Shown here: in pieces, positions 1-8,581 of the stretch
How the letters are laid out: each line of letters starts with the position of its first letter
Numbering within the stretch: the first letter of the stretch is position 1
Virus record (IMG/VR): IMGVR_UViG_3300028829_003504
Coordinates: 186,001-250,000 of that record
Length of the DNA: 64,000 bases
Direction: 5' to 3' (one strand)
The notes under the pieces: model-generated
Database searches by the model: none
The model's input: only the letters and a program-made list of their open reading frames with translations
What the model was told of the DNA's origin: nothing
Program-made: the position numbers and the translations under genes

Positions 1-255
1 GAAGAGGCTCAGACTCTAGACTTTGAACGTGATATAACCTCAGGCAACCCCACTGTTATCTTACCTGCCCGTATAGGCGTATTAAATGTAGGAGATGTCA
101 TTATTATACCCGATAGAAACTACTCGTTGAAAATTACGGATGCTCCGCGTAAGCAATTAGCTGACCGAGTAATAATTGAATGGGCTGTTAATACTAGGAC
201 ATTGCAAACCAATGAGGCGTTACGGAATATCCATAAGGGATATAAGCTAAAGTAA
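1..255 (+). CDS. 3' end of a gene entering the window (hypothetical, possibly virion protein)
   Basis: Frame 1 open from base 1 to TAA at 253-255 (EEAQTLDFERD...HKGYKLK*). Confidence 0.75.
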   Translation, partial: EEAQTLDFERDITSGNPTVILPARIGVLNVGDVIIIPDRNYSLKITDAPRKQLADRVIIEWAVNTRTLQTNEALRNIHKGYKLK

Positions 256-573
256 ATCTAGATAATAAGAAATGATCTACAATAAACTGGTCATTTTTTG
301 GACGGTCAGGTTAAATAATTTTAGTTTGAAAAACCCCCACGCTTAGATTGAGCATATACGTACGCCTGTGTAGCATATAGGGCAGTATAGGTCGACTAAA
401 ACTAAATGGTTAATGTAATCAACCACTTACGATTTATTTTACACTAAAATTCAGGAAAAAGCCAACCCGGAATTGGCAGATATAGCATTCTACGTGGTTT
501 AGGGTATAGCAGAGTACTTCTACCGTACGCCGGGGTCTAGATCGAGGTTTCTAAAAAGTTGGTTTAGGGCATT

Positions 574-580
574 CTGTAAA
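574..580 (+). promoter_or_regulatory. CTGTAAA motif, putative phage promoter element upstream of the candidate ncRNA
   Basis: Same heptamer recurs 38-111 bp upstream of many gene starts in the window. Confidence 0.45.
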
Positions 581-589
581 GTGAGTGCA

Positions 590-960
590 ACGAGTATGAT
601 GTTCTAAGCCATCAGAAACAAAAGACCACAAGGGTCCAAAGAGAGAAAAAAGAAAGCACGATCAGAACGTCGAGCGGGGAACCCGCTTGACGACAAACGC
701 GATTAACAAAGAAACAATGCAAAACCCCGCAGACGATTACAACGATGCAAAGACCCTTGAGAAAACGGCGAGAAGGACCATTGCGCCCTTAAAAGGACCT
801 TCGGTTTTACCTATTAAAAGGAGATCTAAGTACCTTGGTTCTCAATAGACTAATGGATCGTTTTCGGTAATAGGTTTATTGTTTATTGGGAGGTTTAGTT
901 AAGAAAGAGATCGACCAAAGGTCTCCTCTTCCAACGGAGGTACCCTCCGACTATTATCTT
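590..960 (+). ncRNA. Candidate large structured non-coding RNA (boundaries approximate)
   Basis: No ORF >=60 aa. Hairpin 668-692 (11 bp, one G-U). Nested pairings 712-718/878-884, 722-726/873-877, 736-740/867-871, 741-746/857-862, 757-763/839-845. Hairpins 913-923 and 935-949. Confidence 0.5.
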
Positions 961-961
961 T

Positions 962-968
962 CTGTAAA
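962..968 (+). promoter_or_regulatory. CTGTAAA motif followed by GTATAAT, putative promoter of ORF 1009
   Basis: Recurring motif 47 bp upstream of the ATG. Confidence 0.5.
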
Positions 969-1008
969 GTATAATCATTAATATGATAATGATAATAGAG
1001 ATCTCCTT

Positions 1009-2115
1009 ATGGCTATTTCCCGCGAGCCCCGCGCTGCCTTCCCAAAACTCACACTGCAAGCAACACGCTCCCAGATTAAAGTACTACGCAGTATGATAAA
1101 GCGTGCCTCTGAAATATACGTATGGACTATTGAGAAACACCAGTCTAACTACTTCACTGATGATAGCCAGCTACCTATTTACATCGACAGACTCTACGCT
1201 AATGATCCACTTGAATGGTTTCCCAGAGAACTTTTCTTAAACATCTTACGTCGAGGTAGAATGCACTACTTATCCTCGCCTGATGCAAAAGCCCAAGTCC
1301 CCAGAGGCTGGAGCTTACCTTTCCAATTCAAAGACTTCAAAGTACGGTCATTAGGTATAGACTTTACCTTACTGGAAGAAGTTCCCCACCTTGAGAAAAC
1401 CTTTATACCCTCAACTAATACAAACAAACAATTAAAGTTAAGCGAAGCCATGACCACTGGTTGGTGTCTTTTAAAGTACACTAAATTTAATGACCAGCTC
1501 CGTATTACACACGAACGATTCCGTAATATGGGCATGCGCTCCGACGTAGTTGCAGAAGATACTATGTGTTACGGATCTATCTCAATAAGCACCAAGGAGC
1601 TAAAGCTACTGGAGGACACAGCTAAGATAATAGGACCTGTCCGTAAGATTATTATTAATAGTATGTTCGACCACCACGAAGCAACTGGTAAATACCCAAC
1701 ATGGAATACTATTAAGAAAGAGTTACCCTTGATTAAGCACCAACTAGACTCGTCCCAGTTAGAGTTGTACTCTGCGGCCATCAGTGCCTCTTTCTATCAT
1801 ACGGCTATGCAGGCCTTACATAAATTTCATACTGAGGGCGATGCTAAGTTCTGGTACAGCGCCTTGGATAGAGTTAGCTTGTTAGTCGAGACCCCTGCCA
1901 AATACCTAGAGCGCGGTTCTATACACATACCTAAATTTGCACGTAGACCCTACATGACCTATAAGCGCCAGCTCTACTTAAACATAGAGGAAACTGTAAA
2001 GATACCCCATGTTATCTGCTTGTATCTAAGTAGATCTAATAATGATATAGATCGCCACCGTATTAGGTTTGGTGTATATCCAACTGACCCAAATAGGTTT
2101 AATAATGTCATATAG
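1009..2115 (+). CDS. Tandem TnpB/Cas12f-like N-terminal (HTH_OrfB/WED-REC) domain protein lacking RuvC
   Basis: Half 1 KLTLQATRSQIKVL...ASEIYVW...Y and half 2 LLEDT...HEATGK...KELPLIK...GSIHIPKF match the spacing of the IS605 OrfB N-terminus. No zinc finger or RuvC II/III motifs. Confidence 0.5.
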   Translation: MAISREPRAAFPKLTLQATRSQIKVLRSMIKRASEIYVWTIEKHQSNYFTDDSQLPIYIDRLYANDPLEWFPRELFLNILRRGRMHYLSSPDAKAQVPRGWSLPFQFKDFKVRSLGIDFTLLEEVPHLEKTFIPSTNTNKQLKLSEAMTTGWCLLKYTKFNDQLRITHERFRNMGMRSDVVAEDTMCYGSISISTKELKLLEDTAKIIGPVRKIIINSMFDHHEATGKYPTWNTIKKELPLIKHQLDSSQLELYSAAISASFYHTAMQALHKFHTEGDAKFWYSALDRVSLLVETPAKYLERGSIHIPKFARRPYMTYKRQLYLNIEETVKIPHVICLYLSRSNNDIDRHRIRFGVYPTDPNRFNNVI

Positions 2116-2260
2116 AGAATGGCTAAATGAGTTAGGAACGCTCATACGAAAAAATACTACGAATAATCGTGGTTGGAAAAAGTGGGCTGACTGGAGAGAA
2201 TACTTTGATAATGATGCCTCACCTGAAGAAGCACTTGAAGACGCAGGAGTAATATCTTAA
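2105..2260 (+). CDS. Small hypothetical protein
   Basis: ATG at 2105 overlapping the end of the previous gene; TAATG coupling to the next. Confidence 0.65.
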   Translation: MSYREWLNELGTLIRKNTTNNRGWKKWADWREYFDNDASPEEALEDAGVIS

Positions 2261-2655
2261 TGAATACCGCAAAACTTTTAGTCGTAATCGATATCCATGA
2301 CTTGGTCGCCGACACACCTAGACTTGTCACAAGCGCTGCTGACTTAGTTGAGACATACGGAGGCACTGCACCTAAAGACAACCGTAGTTTCTGGGGTGCT
2401 ATCGAGGTCATCAATCATATCTCACCTGCCAGTATGATGTTTGTTATCAGCAGCGATAAGTTTGTTGACTACATGAATGACTGTAACAATAAACGTGAAA
2501 TGGAATTTACTTCCATCATGGCTCAGAACTTGAGTTACGATTATGGACAGAAGCAGAATCTTATTAGCTGCGTAGCCCGACTGGATGCAACCCAGTCACT
2601 ATTAAGTGATTTCGTATTAATGATAGACCTACCTGAGGAAAACCAAAATGGCTAA
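2260..2655 (+). CDS. Hypothetical protein
   Basis: 131-aa ORF coupled on both sides. Confidence 0.75.
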   Translation: MNTAKLLVVIDIHDLVADTPRLVTSAADLVETYGGTAPKDNRSFWGAIEVINHISPASMMFVISSDKFVDYMNDCNNKREMEFTSIMAQNLSYDYGQKQNLISCVARLDATQSLLSDFVLMIDLPEENQNG

Positions 2656-3718
2656 GACACAAGAGCTTTCAACCATAAAGAAGAAAACTAAGTTAACCAA
2701 GAAAGCTAAAACCTCTTTAGCTAATCAGGGTCCTTCTATTAAATACAGCAAAGACGACTACGTTATTATCAAAGCAAATGGTAAATATAAGTTAGGTACA
2801 GCGTTTGCTAAAGGCCGTTTGTTACTTGAAGAAGGCGTAGAGGATGATGATACATCTATTACTCTCGACTTTGAAGAAAACGATGTTGTGGCATGCCTAG
2901 GTAAGAATCCTCCAGTAGGCAAAGATGCCTTTGGATGTAAGCTTGAATTCTACGATCAGACATTTACCGATAAGCATTGGGGTCCCATTCATTTCTTCCG
3001 TAAGATTGAAGACGAACGTGAGATGAAATACCTCAAACAAGTTCTGAATAAGGCCTATAGCGTTTTATCTGAACATAAAGCCAGCAGATTCTTACCTCTT
3101 ACACGTACGGATCTGCGAATGGCTAAAGGTAAATATGCAGGTATGTATAGCTTCAATTACAAACGTGGTGACAAGATGACATTACGTCCTGTCGATATGA
3201 AAGATCGTAAGTATATGCTGTACGTTATCATCCATGAAGCTGGCCATGGTGTCTGGTACCGTTGTGTTCCATCTGACGTTAAAGTTATTTGGACTGACTT
3301 GTTCCACAAACGTGTTCGTCTGCATACTTCTACCGAGAAGCAGTTGAAGGCGATGGCTAAAGCCTTGGTTAGCTACGATGATTTTAAATCGTATGCCAAA
3401 GATGAATGTGACGAAGACGATAAGAAGGTTCTTAAAGAAGCTTTCGCCTACGTTAAACGTGTCCATAAGTTAAATGAGAAGCAGCTTGAAGCCTTAGTTA
3501 AAACTAAAGGCGGTAAAGCAATTCTAGATTATTGGCCTAAGAGTGCGGATGTTGGTTTAGTAAGCCCGGACGTAACTGAGTACAGTATGGAATCTGTTGA
3601 AGAATTCTTTGCCGAATCATTCGCGTACTTCCTGACTAAGAAGTCTTTACCTAAAGACATCACTAAAGAAATGGAACACACGCTTAAGAACTTAATTAAG
3701 GATTCTGAAGGTGGATAA
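2648..3718 (+). CDS. Zincin-like metallopeptidase (anthrax lethal factor-like catalytic motifs)
   Basis: HEAGH (HExxH) plus downstream YSMESVEEFFAESFAYF. Confidence 0.65.
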   Translation: MAKTQELSTIKKKTKLTKKAKTSLANQGPSIKYSKDDYVIIKANGKYKLGTAFAKGRLLLEEGVEDDDTSITLDFEENDVVACLGKNPPVGKDAFGCKLEFYDQTFTDKHWGPIHFFRKIEDEREMKYLKQVLNKAYSVLSEHKASRFLPLTRTDLRMAKGKYAGMYSFNYKRGDKMTLRPVDMKDRKYMLYVIIHEAGHGVWYRCVPSDVKVIWTDLFHKRVRLHTSTEKQLKAMAKALVSYDDFKSYAKDECDEDDKKVLKEAFAYVKRVHKLNEKQLEALVKTKGGKAILDYWPKSADVGLVSPDVTEYSMESVEEFFAESFAYFLTKKSLPKDITKEMEHTLKNLIKDSEGG

Positions 3719-4349
3719 TTTAATCGAGCAATCAAATGAAGACTGGGTATCTACACCTGACGTCAATCTCCCTAAGGTAAGAAAACCGAACGTAACTTTT
3801 ACAGAGACCGACAAGTCCAGTGTTAGACCTTGCGGCATGGATTTTTCCACACTGGAGCAACGTGTACTTGAAAAGGGTATGGGCGACCTAGTCGCATCAG
3901 GACGACGTTGTGGTAAATCGATTACCGCTGTTATACACCAAGCGACACTACTTAATAATAAGTACCAGATGCTTTATCACTACGGTCCTCGTAAAACTCC
4001 TGAACTGACTTACGTAGCCCTGAACACTGCCTTCAATAATCTAAGTAAGAATAGATTGCCTCGGGGTGTTGCCCGTAAGATTGCTAAAATAGAACGAGCG
4101 CAGTCGGTTAAGGTTAAAGAGGACCTACGCGTTCTAGAATTCTTGACCGAACGTAGAAAACAATTCATGTTACAGAAACCTATCTGCATCTGCGGTAGTA
4201 ATCAAGTAGAACTCCTCTCGGTTTCTGAACACGGTTCGTGGAAGTGTCGCTCTTGCTTATCTAGATGGCGCACTACCATTACTGCTCGGCTTGTTGTTGA
4301 GCGTCCAGCTTACGAAATAATAGACGAGGTCCAAAAATGGTTAATATAG
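3711..4349 (+). CDS. Hypothetical protein with C-terminal zinc ribbon
   Basis: CICGS...WKCRSC. Confidence 0.6.
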   Translation: MDNLIEQSNEDWVSTPDVNLPKVRKPNVTFTETDKSSVRPCGMDFSTLEQRVLEKGMGDLVASGRRCGKSITAVIHQATLLNNKYQMLYHYGPRKTPELTYVALNTAFNNLSKNRLPRGVARKIAKIERAQSVKVKEDLRVLEFLTERRKQFMLQKPICICGSNQVELLSVSEHGSWKCRSCLSRWRTTITARLVVERPAYEIIDEVQKWLI

Positions 4350-5050
4350 ATATTCTTAATTGCAGTCCTTATGATCTATTTAGATACTATAGTGTGTTCT
4401 TTGAAACAAGTGACACTAAGATACCTTTAGTTGAAGGTAAACCTATGTTGTTGCTTTATATGGGTTCTCAATGTAAGATTGACCAAGCATTGCCTAGACC
4501 TATAACAGGAAAGCCTGGCGTGTTTACTATGGAACTACCTAGCATGAAAATCTTTGACTTACGTAAGCTTGCCGAAGAGTACTACATGTTCGGTATATTC
4601 TTTAGCAGGAACATAATGAATGCTCCCGAGGAATTGTTCGTCCGTAATCACACCGCCCAACTCGATAAATACTTAGAGGCATTCGCTGACTGCCCTCGCT
4701 GGACATACAACTCGGTACTAGGCCAAAAGAACATGACGCCTCCTATACTACCTGCAAATATGGCTTTAACTAGTACAAATAGACTTAAAGCCTTTGCTAT
4801 GTGTATGGAAGATGATAAACCTATGCACTTACAGGCTCAGGTTGGGGTTAATCAACACTGGCAGATGGGAGGACATATATTCAATTCTGACAAAGATGCT
4901 ATCTACGGCATAGCTTTAAGGCATCCACAAGCATCCACTCAACTTTCAGTACCTCTAAGTTGGTTATCCGATAAAACTAACCAAACCAACCCTGATAAAA
5001 TTATTGAGACTATTTCAATTGAAATGCAAGGAGGTATATGTGAAGATTAA
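4337..5050 (+). CDS. Hypothetical protein
   Basis: 237-aa ORF with GAGG RBS. Confidence 0.75.
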   Translation: MVNIDILNCSPYDLFRYYSVFFETSDTKIPLVEGKPMLLLYMGSQCKIDQALPRPITGKPGVFTMELPSMKIFDLRKLAEEYYMFGIFFSRNIMNAPEELFVRNHTAQLDKYLEAFADCPRWTYNSVLGQKNMTPPILPANMALTSTNRLKAFAMCMEDDKPMHLQAQVGVNQHWQMGGHIFNSDKDAIYGIALRHPQASTQLSVPLSWLSDKTNQTNPDKIIETISIEMQGGICED

Positions 5051-5600
5051 CGTAATAGTCGCCGTAAGTGAGGACGGCTATATAGGTAAACCCGATGGAA
5101 GCTTGCCGTTTAGACAAAAAGGTGATATGCTTCGTTTTAAATCTCTTACTAGCCTTCGTCCTATTATCCTAGGCCGTACTACATTTGATACGCTTCCTTT
5201 TGTTCTGCCTAAACGTGATCACTTTGTTATTACCTCTGACCCAAGGCGCTTTGATACTTCCTGCGTGAAGAAGGACGTAGAGTGGCCACAGAACGTATTT
5301 AGATCTGGCTCTTTCTTAAAGCTAGAGCAGCAACTATCTTACTACAGCGATAAGACTGAGTGTGACTATTCAGAAGTATGGGTAATTGGCGGCGGAGAAA
5401 TATACAAGCAAGCCTTTTATTTTCTAGACATCAACCAAGTAGAGCTTACTTTAATACATACAACGTTTCCCGAAGCTGATGGCACGTGGGCACGTTTTGA
5501 ACTACCTGAAGGTTGGGTGGAGCAGAAAAAACAAACAATGCCTGCCGATGCAGACAACGAACATCCCTATTCTTTTATTACGTACAGACGCGAGGTATAG
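5040..5600 (+). CDS. folA: Dihydrofolate reductase
   Basis: IVAVSEDGYIG, LPF, GD..RFK..T, ILGRTTF, LPKR, VIGGGEIY. GTG start at 5040 after GGAGG. Confidence 0.93.
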   Translation: MKINVIVAVSEDGYIGKPDGSLPFRQKGDMLRFKSLTSLRPIILGRTTFDTLPFVLPKRDHFVITSDPRRFDTSCVKKDVEWPQNVFRSGSFLKLEQQLSYYSDKTECDYSEVWVIGGGEIYKQAFYFLDINQVELTLIHTTFPEADGTWARFELPEGWVEQKKQTMPADADNEHPYSFITYRREV

Positions 5601-5601
5601 C

Positions 5602-5994
5602 ATGTCAGATTCAATCAATTATTTAAGAAGTAACATAAACGAAGTACTGTGTTTCAAGTTAAAGAATGGACGTACCATTTTCGGTAAGCTTGAATCAATT
5701 TTAGATAAAAGTAAAATTAATAAAGAGCCAGAATCACCTGATCTTAAAGTTGTTGAAGATTTCGAGATAATAATAGCTGCTCCTATTGAGATGGTTACTG
5801 CTATTATGCCTACTCAACAAGGTCCCGCTCCTATTGAAATGCCACTACCTTATTTCTCGGTGTCTCCATCGTCATCTATTCCGTTTATGAAAGATGAATT
5901 GTCTATGATGGCCGAGGCAACTAAAGAACTTGCGGATACGTGGTTGAGAGCTAATACTCCTATTGACTTAGAATCAAAAATACAGTTGACATAA
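5602..5994 (+). CDS. Hypothetical protein, possible Sm/SH3-like beta-barrel
   Basis: ATG 5602 after GAGG; FKLKNGRTIFGKL resembles an Sm1-type motif. Confidence 0.5.
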   Translation: MSDSINYLRSNINEVLCFKLKNGRTIFGKLESILDKSKINKEPESPDLKVVEDFEIIIAAPIEMVTAIMPTQQGPAPIEMPLPYFSVSPSSSIPFMKDELSMMAEATKELADTWLRANTPIDLESKIQLT

Positions 5995-5995
5995 T

Positions 5996-6604
5996 ATGGA
6001 ACTATATTTCACAGGTTATAATGGTGAGCTTCCTGTAGCCCTTTTTGATTTAGACGAAACGTTAGGTTCTATATTGCCTCAGCTTATTTCTGTGGTTAAC
6101 GAGAAGTATAATGCCTGTCTTGTTTATGAAGATATTACGGATTTAATATGCTTCGAGGAAATACTAAACATACCTAGACCTATCATCCTAGCTGAATTCA
6201 ATAGAGTCGGTCTATTAAGAATGTTCAATTGGTACGAAGAAGCCCGTGAGTTTGTACTAAGAGTCCGTAACGGATATGTGTTTGATGAACGTTGTCATAT
6301 TGCCATAGTGACTAGTAGAGGTAACTACTGGGAAAACTCGGTGTACCATACAATTAAGCAGATTGAACGTAATTTAATACCGAATGATTCTATAGCCATT
6401 CTTGATTTCCACATGGACAAGATTGATTGGGCGAAAGCGACATTCGGATCAAACTTAAAGTACGTGTTTGAGGATTCCCCAAAAGCACTCACGGACAGTT
6501 TTAATTCAGATATACTTACGTTCAAGAGTGTGACACCTTACAACAGGCACATTCGGACACATGGAGAATTCTGTGCGTCTAAGAACACCTTTACACTGTA
6601 CTGA
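5996..6604 (+). CDS. HAD-family 5'(3')-deoxyribonucleotidase-like protein
   Basis: FDLDETL motif I, VTSR motif II, K, FEDSP motif IV, PYNR. Confidence 0.8.
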   Translation: MELYFTGYNGELPVALFDLDETLGSILPQLISVVNEKYNACLVYEDITDLICFEEILNIPRPIILAEFNRVGLLRMFNWYEEAREFVLRVRNGYVFDERCHIAIVTSRGNYWENSVYHTIKQIERNLIPNDSIAILDFHMDKIDWAKATFGSNLKYVFEDSPKALTDSFNSDILTFKSVTPYNRHIRTHGEFCASKNTFTLY

Positions 6605-6990
6605 TGCAAGTACGAATACTAGTCACAGGTTCCCGGGATGTACATCCCAATTGTATTGGGAAAGTGTGGCGAACACTAGATAGTTTAGTTACAAAAGCTG
6701 CTTTAAGGGAAGGTACGACGGCTAAAGATGTGCTGATGCTCGTAGGTGACGCCAGAGGTATAGACACTTGGACAATAATGTGGTCTAGATCTCGTGGTAT
6801 AAAATACAAAAAGTACGTAGCAGATTGGGACACTCACGGTGATGCCGCAGGTTGTCTGAGAAATACAGACATGGTAAGACGGGCGCATTACTGTATAGGG
6901 TTCTGGAATGGCATATCAACAGGGACTGCCGACGCCATTATATCCTCCCGTAGTAAACGAATACCTGTTAAGGTAATTGATATTTATTAA
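6604..6990 (+). CDS. SLOG-family protein (DUF2493/YspA-like)
   Basis: ILVTGSRD, GDARGID, ADW..HG.AAG..RN..M, FWNG.S.GT. Confidence 0.85.
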   Translation: MQVRILVTGSRDVHPNCIGKVWRTLDSLVTKAALREGTTAKDVLMLVGDARGIDTWTIMWSRSRGIKYKKYVADWDTHGDAAGCLRNTDMVRRAHYCIGFWNGISTGTADAIISSRSKRIPVKVIDIY

Positions 6991-7000
6991 GAGGCAACAC

Positions 7001-7636
7001 ATGACTAAATTCACCACTCCATTGATAGTAGAGCACTTAGCTGACGGTAAAAACTTTAGAGTACATGAACCTTTTAAGTTTTGGTTCATGTGGCCTTTAG
7101 AGGCTGCACCTGAAGATCAGCAAAAAGTTGAGCTTGAAGTCCACGAGAACTTTATTACTGATTTTGCATCTATACCTAGACCTTTATGGTGGTTATACAA
7201 TCCCACCGGGCCTTACGGTAAAGCTGCTGTTATTCATGACTATATCTACAGGAACGTCTTCCTTCTACGGCCGGACGGTAAGCGTTATACAAAACACGAG
7301 GCTGACTTAATATTCAAAATAGGTATGTCTGTCCTCCCTGTTAGTAAGTTGACGAATACCCTAATGTATTACGCAGTCGACCTATGTGGATACTCTACCT
7401 TTGATAGTTACCGTAATTTTCAGTACGCTCACCTATGTCCTATGGATAAAGTAGTACGTAGAGATAATGTATATGAAGACCAGCGTGACGCTGAGCTAAC
7501 TGTAAAGTATATAGTAGGCGACCAGCTATCTTTCGAAGAGGTCCCTGGTTTCTATCTACGATCCTCCTACAAAAAGGTAAAAAGACATGAAAACATTATT
7601 AATATTAAAGAACGCAGTAAGCGGGGACAATTGTAA
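7001..7636 (+). CDS. DUF1353 domain protein
   Basis: FITDFASIPR.LW...P.G.Y.KAAVIHDYIY...ADLIF; ATG 7001 after GAGG. Confidence 0.8.
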   Translation: MTKFTTPLIVEHLADGKNFRVHEPFKFWFMWPLEAAPEDQQKVELEVHENFITDFASIPRPLWWLYNPTGPYGKAAVIHDYIYRNVFLLRPDGKRYTKHEADLIFKIGMSVLPVSKLTNTLMYYAVDLCGYSTFDSYRNFQYAHLCPMDKVVRRDNVYEDQRDAELTVKYIVGDQLSFEEVPGFYLRSSYKKVKRHENIINIKERSKRGQL

Positions 7637-8375
7637 CTTACAGTTCTCCGGTGCTCAATTACGTGAGATTATTAATCTTCAAGGTGAAGCCAATGATGTA
7701 ATGTCAACGGCATGGCGCACAAGTACTAACAACGAAATCCCATACTACCGCGCAGGTCATGTGGAGGTAAGTGAGTTGCTTATGCACATTGGTTTCAAAT
7801 GGTGGAAGAACGAACACCCCACCGAAGAAGCCTACAAAGCAGCGCATGACCAAGCAGTTATGGAACTTGTTGATATTATGCACTTTGCCGCTTCTGATAC
7901 CTCCCGTACGTTAGGTGATACTGAAATCCAAGACGAAGACGTAGAAGTATTCTATCCACCAATCTATAACATTGGCCGTTTTTCTAATAGACAAGTAGAT
8001 GACGCTAATCCTGTTACTTACTCTGAGATGACTATACAGGACCTTTGTGAGCAGATGATCTACTCATATTTACGTGATGGTATTTGTTATTGGGCCTACG
8101 TTAACGTTATGGGTGAAGCTCTTGGAGTTACTGCCGATTACTTATACGGCGTTTACTTAGGTAAGAATACTTTAAACAAGTTCCGTACTTCTAACGGCCA
8201 GAGAGAAGGCACGTATAAGAAGATATGGAATGGCGTTGAGGATAACGTTTACTTAACTGGATACTTACGTACGAAGGAATTAGAAGGCGTACCTGTGACG
8301 GCTGAATGTATAACTACTTATATGACTGGCACGTATAATGCTTATAAAGAACGTAACCTCGTAACTTTAGGGTAA
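7587..8375 (+). CDS. dut: Dimeric (all-alpha) dUTPase
   Basis: E..EL...FKWWK, ELVDIMHF, Y.GKN.LN.FR...G...GTY.K.WNG.EDN. Confidence 0.88.
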   Translation: MKTLLILKNAVSGDNCNLQFSGAQLREIINLQGEANDVMSTAWRTSTNNEIPYYRAGHVEVSELLMHIGFKWWKNEHPTEEAYKAAHDQAVMELVDIMHFAASDTSRTLGDTEIQDEDVEVFYPPIYNIGRFSNRQVDDANPVTYSEMTIQDLCEQMIYSYLRDGICYWAYVNVMGEALGVTADYLYGVYLGKNTLNKFRTSNGQREGTYKKIWNGVEDNVYLTGYLRTKELEGVPVTAECITTYMTGTYNAYKERNLVTLG

Positions 8376-8523
8376 CTTACATTTAAGTTTTATAATTTGA
8401 TACTAATAGTCCAGACAACGGAGTGTCTGAATTTGAAGCTGTGGCTTATTGCTACAAAGTCTGATTATGGCAATGCTTCATATTGAACCGTTTTAGCTTT
8501 TGTGGGTTCAATTAAACAAATAC

Positions 8524-8545
8524 GGTAGGGACCTAGGTCCCTACC
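8524..8545. repeat. Perfect 22-bp palindrome GGTAGGGACCTAGGTCCCTACC
   Basis: Read directly from the sequence. Confidence 0.9.
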
Positions 8546-8549
8546 CATC

Positions 8550-8581
8550 AACCACTTACTTATTAGTATAGTGGTTTTTTT
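8550..8581 (+). terminator. Rho-independent terminator
   Basis: AACCACT...AGTGGTT stem followed by T tract. Confidence 0.6.

Noticed and set aside
256-1008. CRISPR array, tRNA, tmRNA or RNase P in the large intergenic region
   Set aside because: No regularly spaced repeats, no T-loop/CCA tRNA signature and no recognisable tmRNA or RNase P consensus.
1351-1365. LGIDF in ORF 1009 as a RuvC-I motif, making it an active TnpB or IS605 element
   Set aside because: It sits inside the first WED-like half, lacks the following G, and there are no RuvC II/III motifs, zinc finger, tnpA or IS ends.
1991-2007. 17-bp identity AAACTGTAAAGATACCC with 30289-30305 as an att site or mobile-element end
   Set aside because: Largely explained by the shared CTGTAAA motif; no integrase or composition change.
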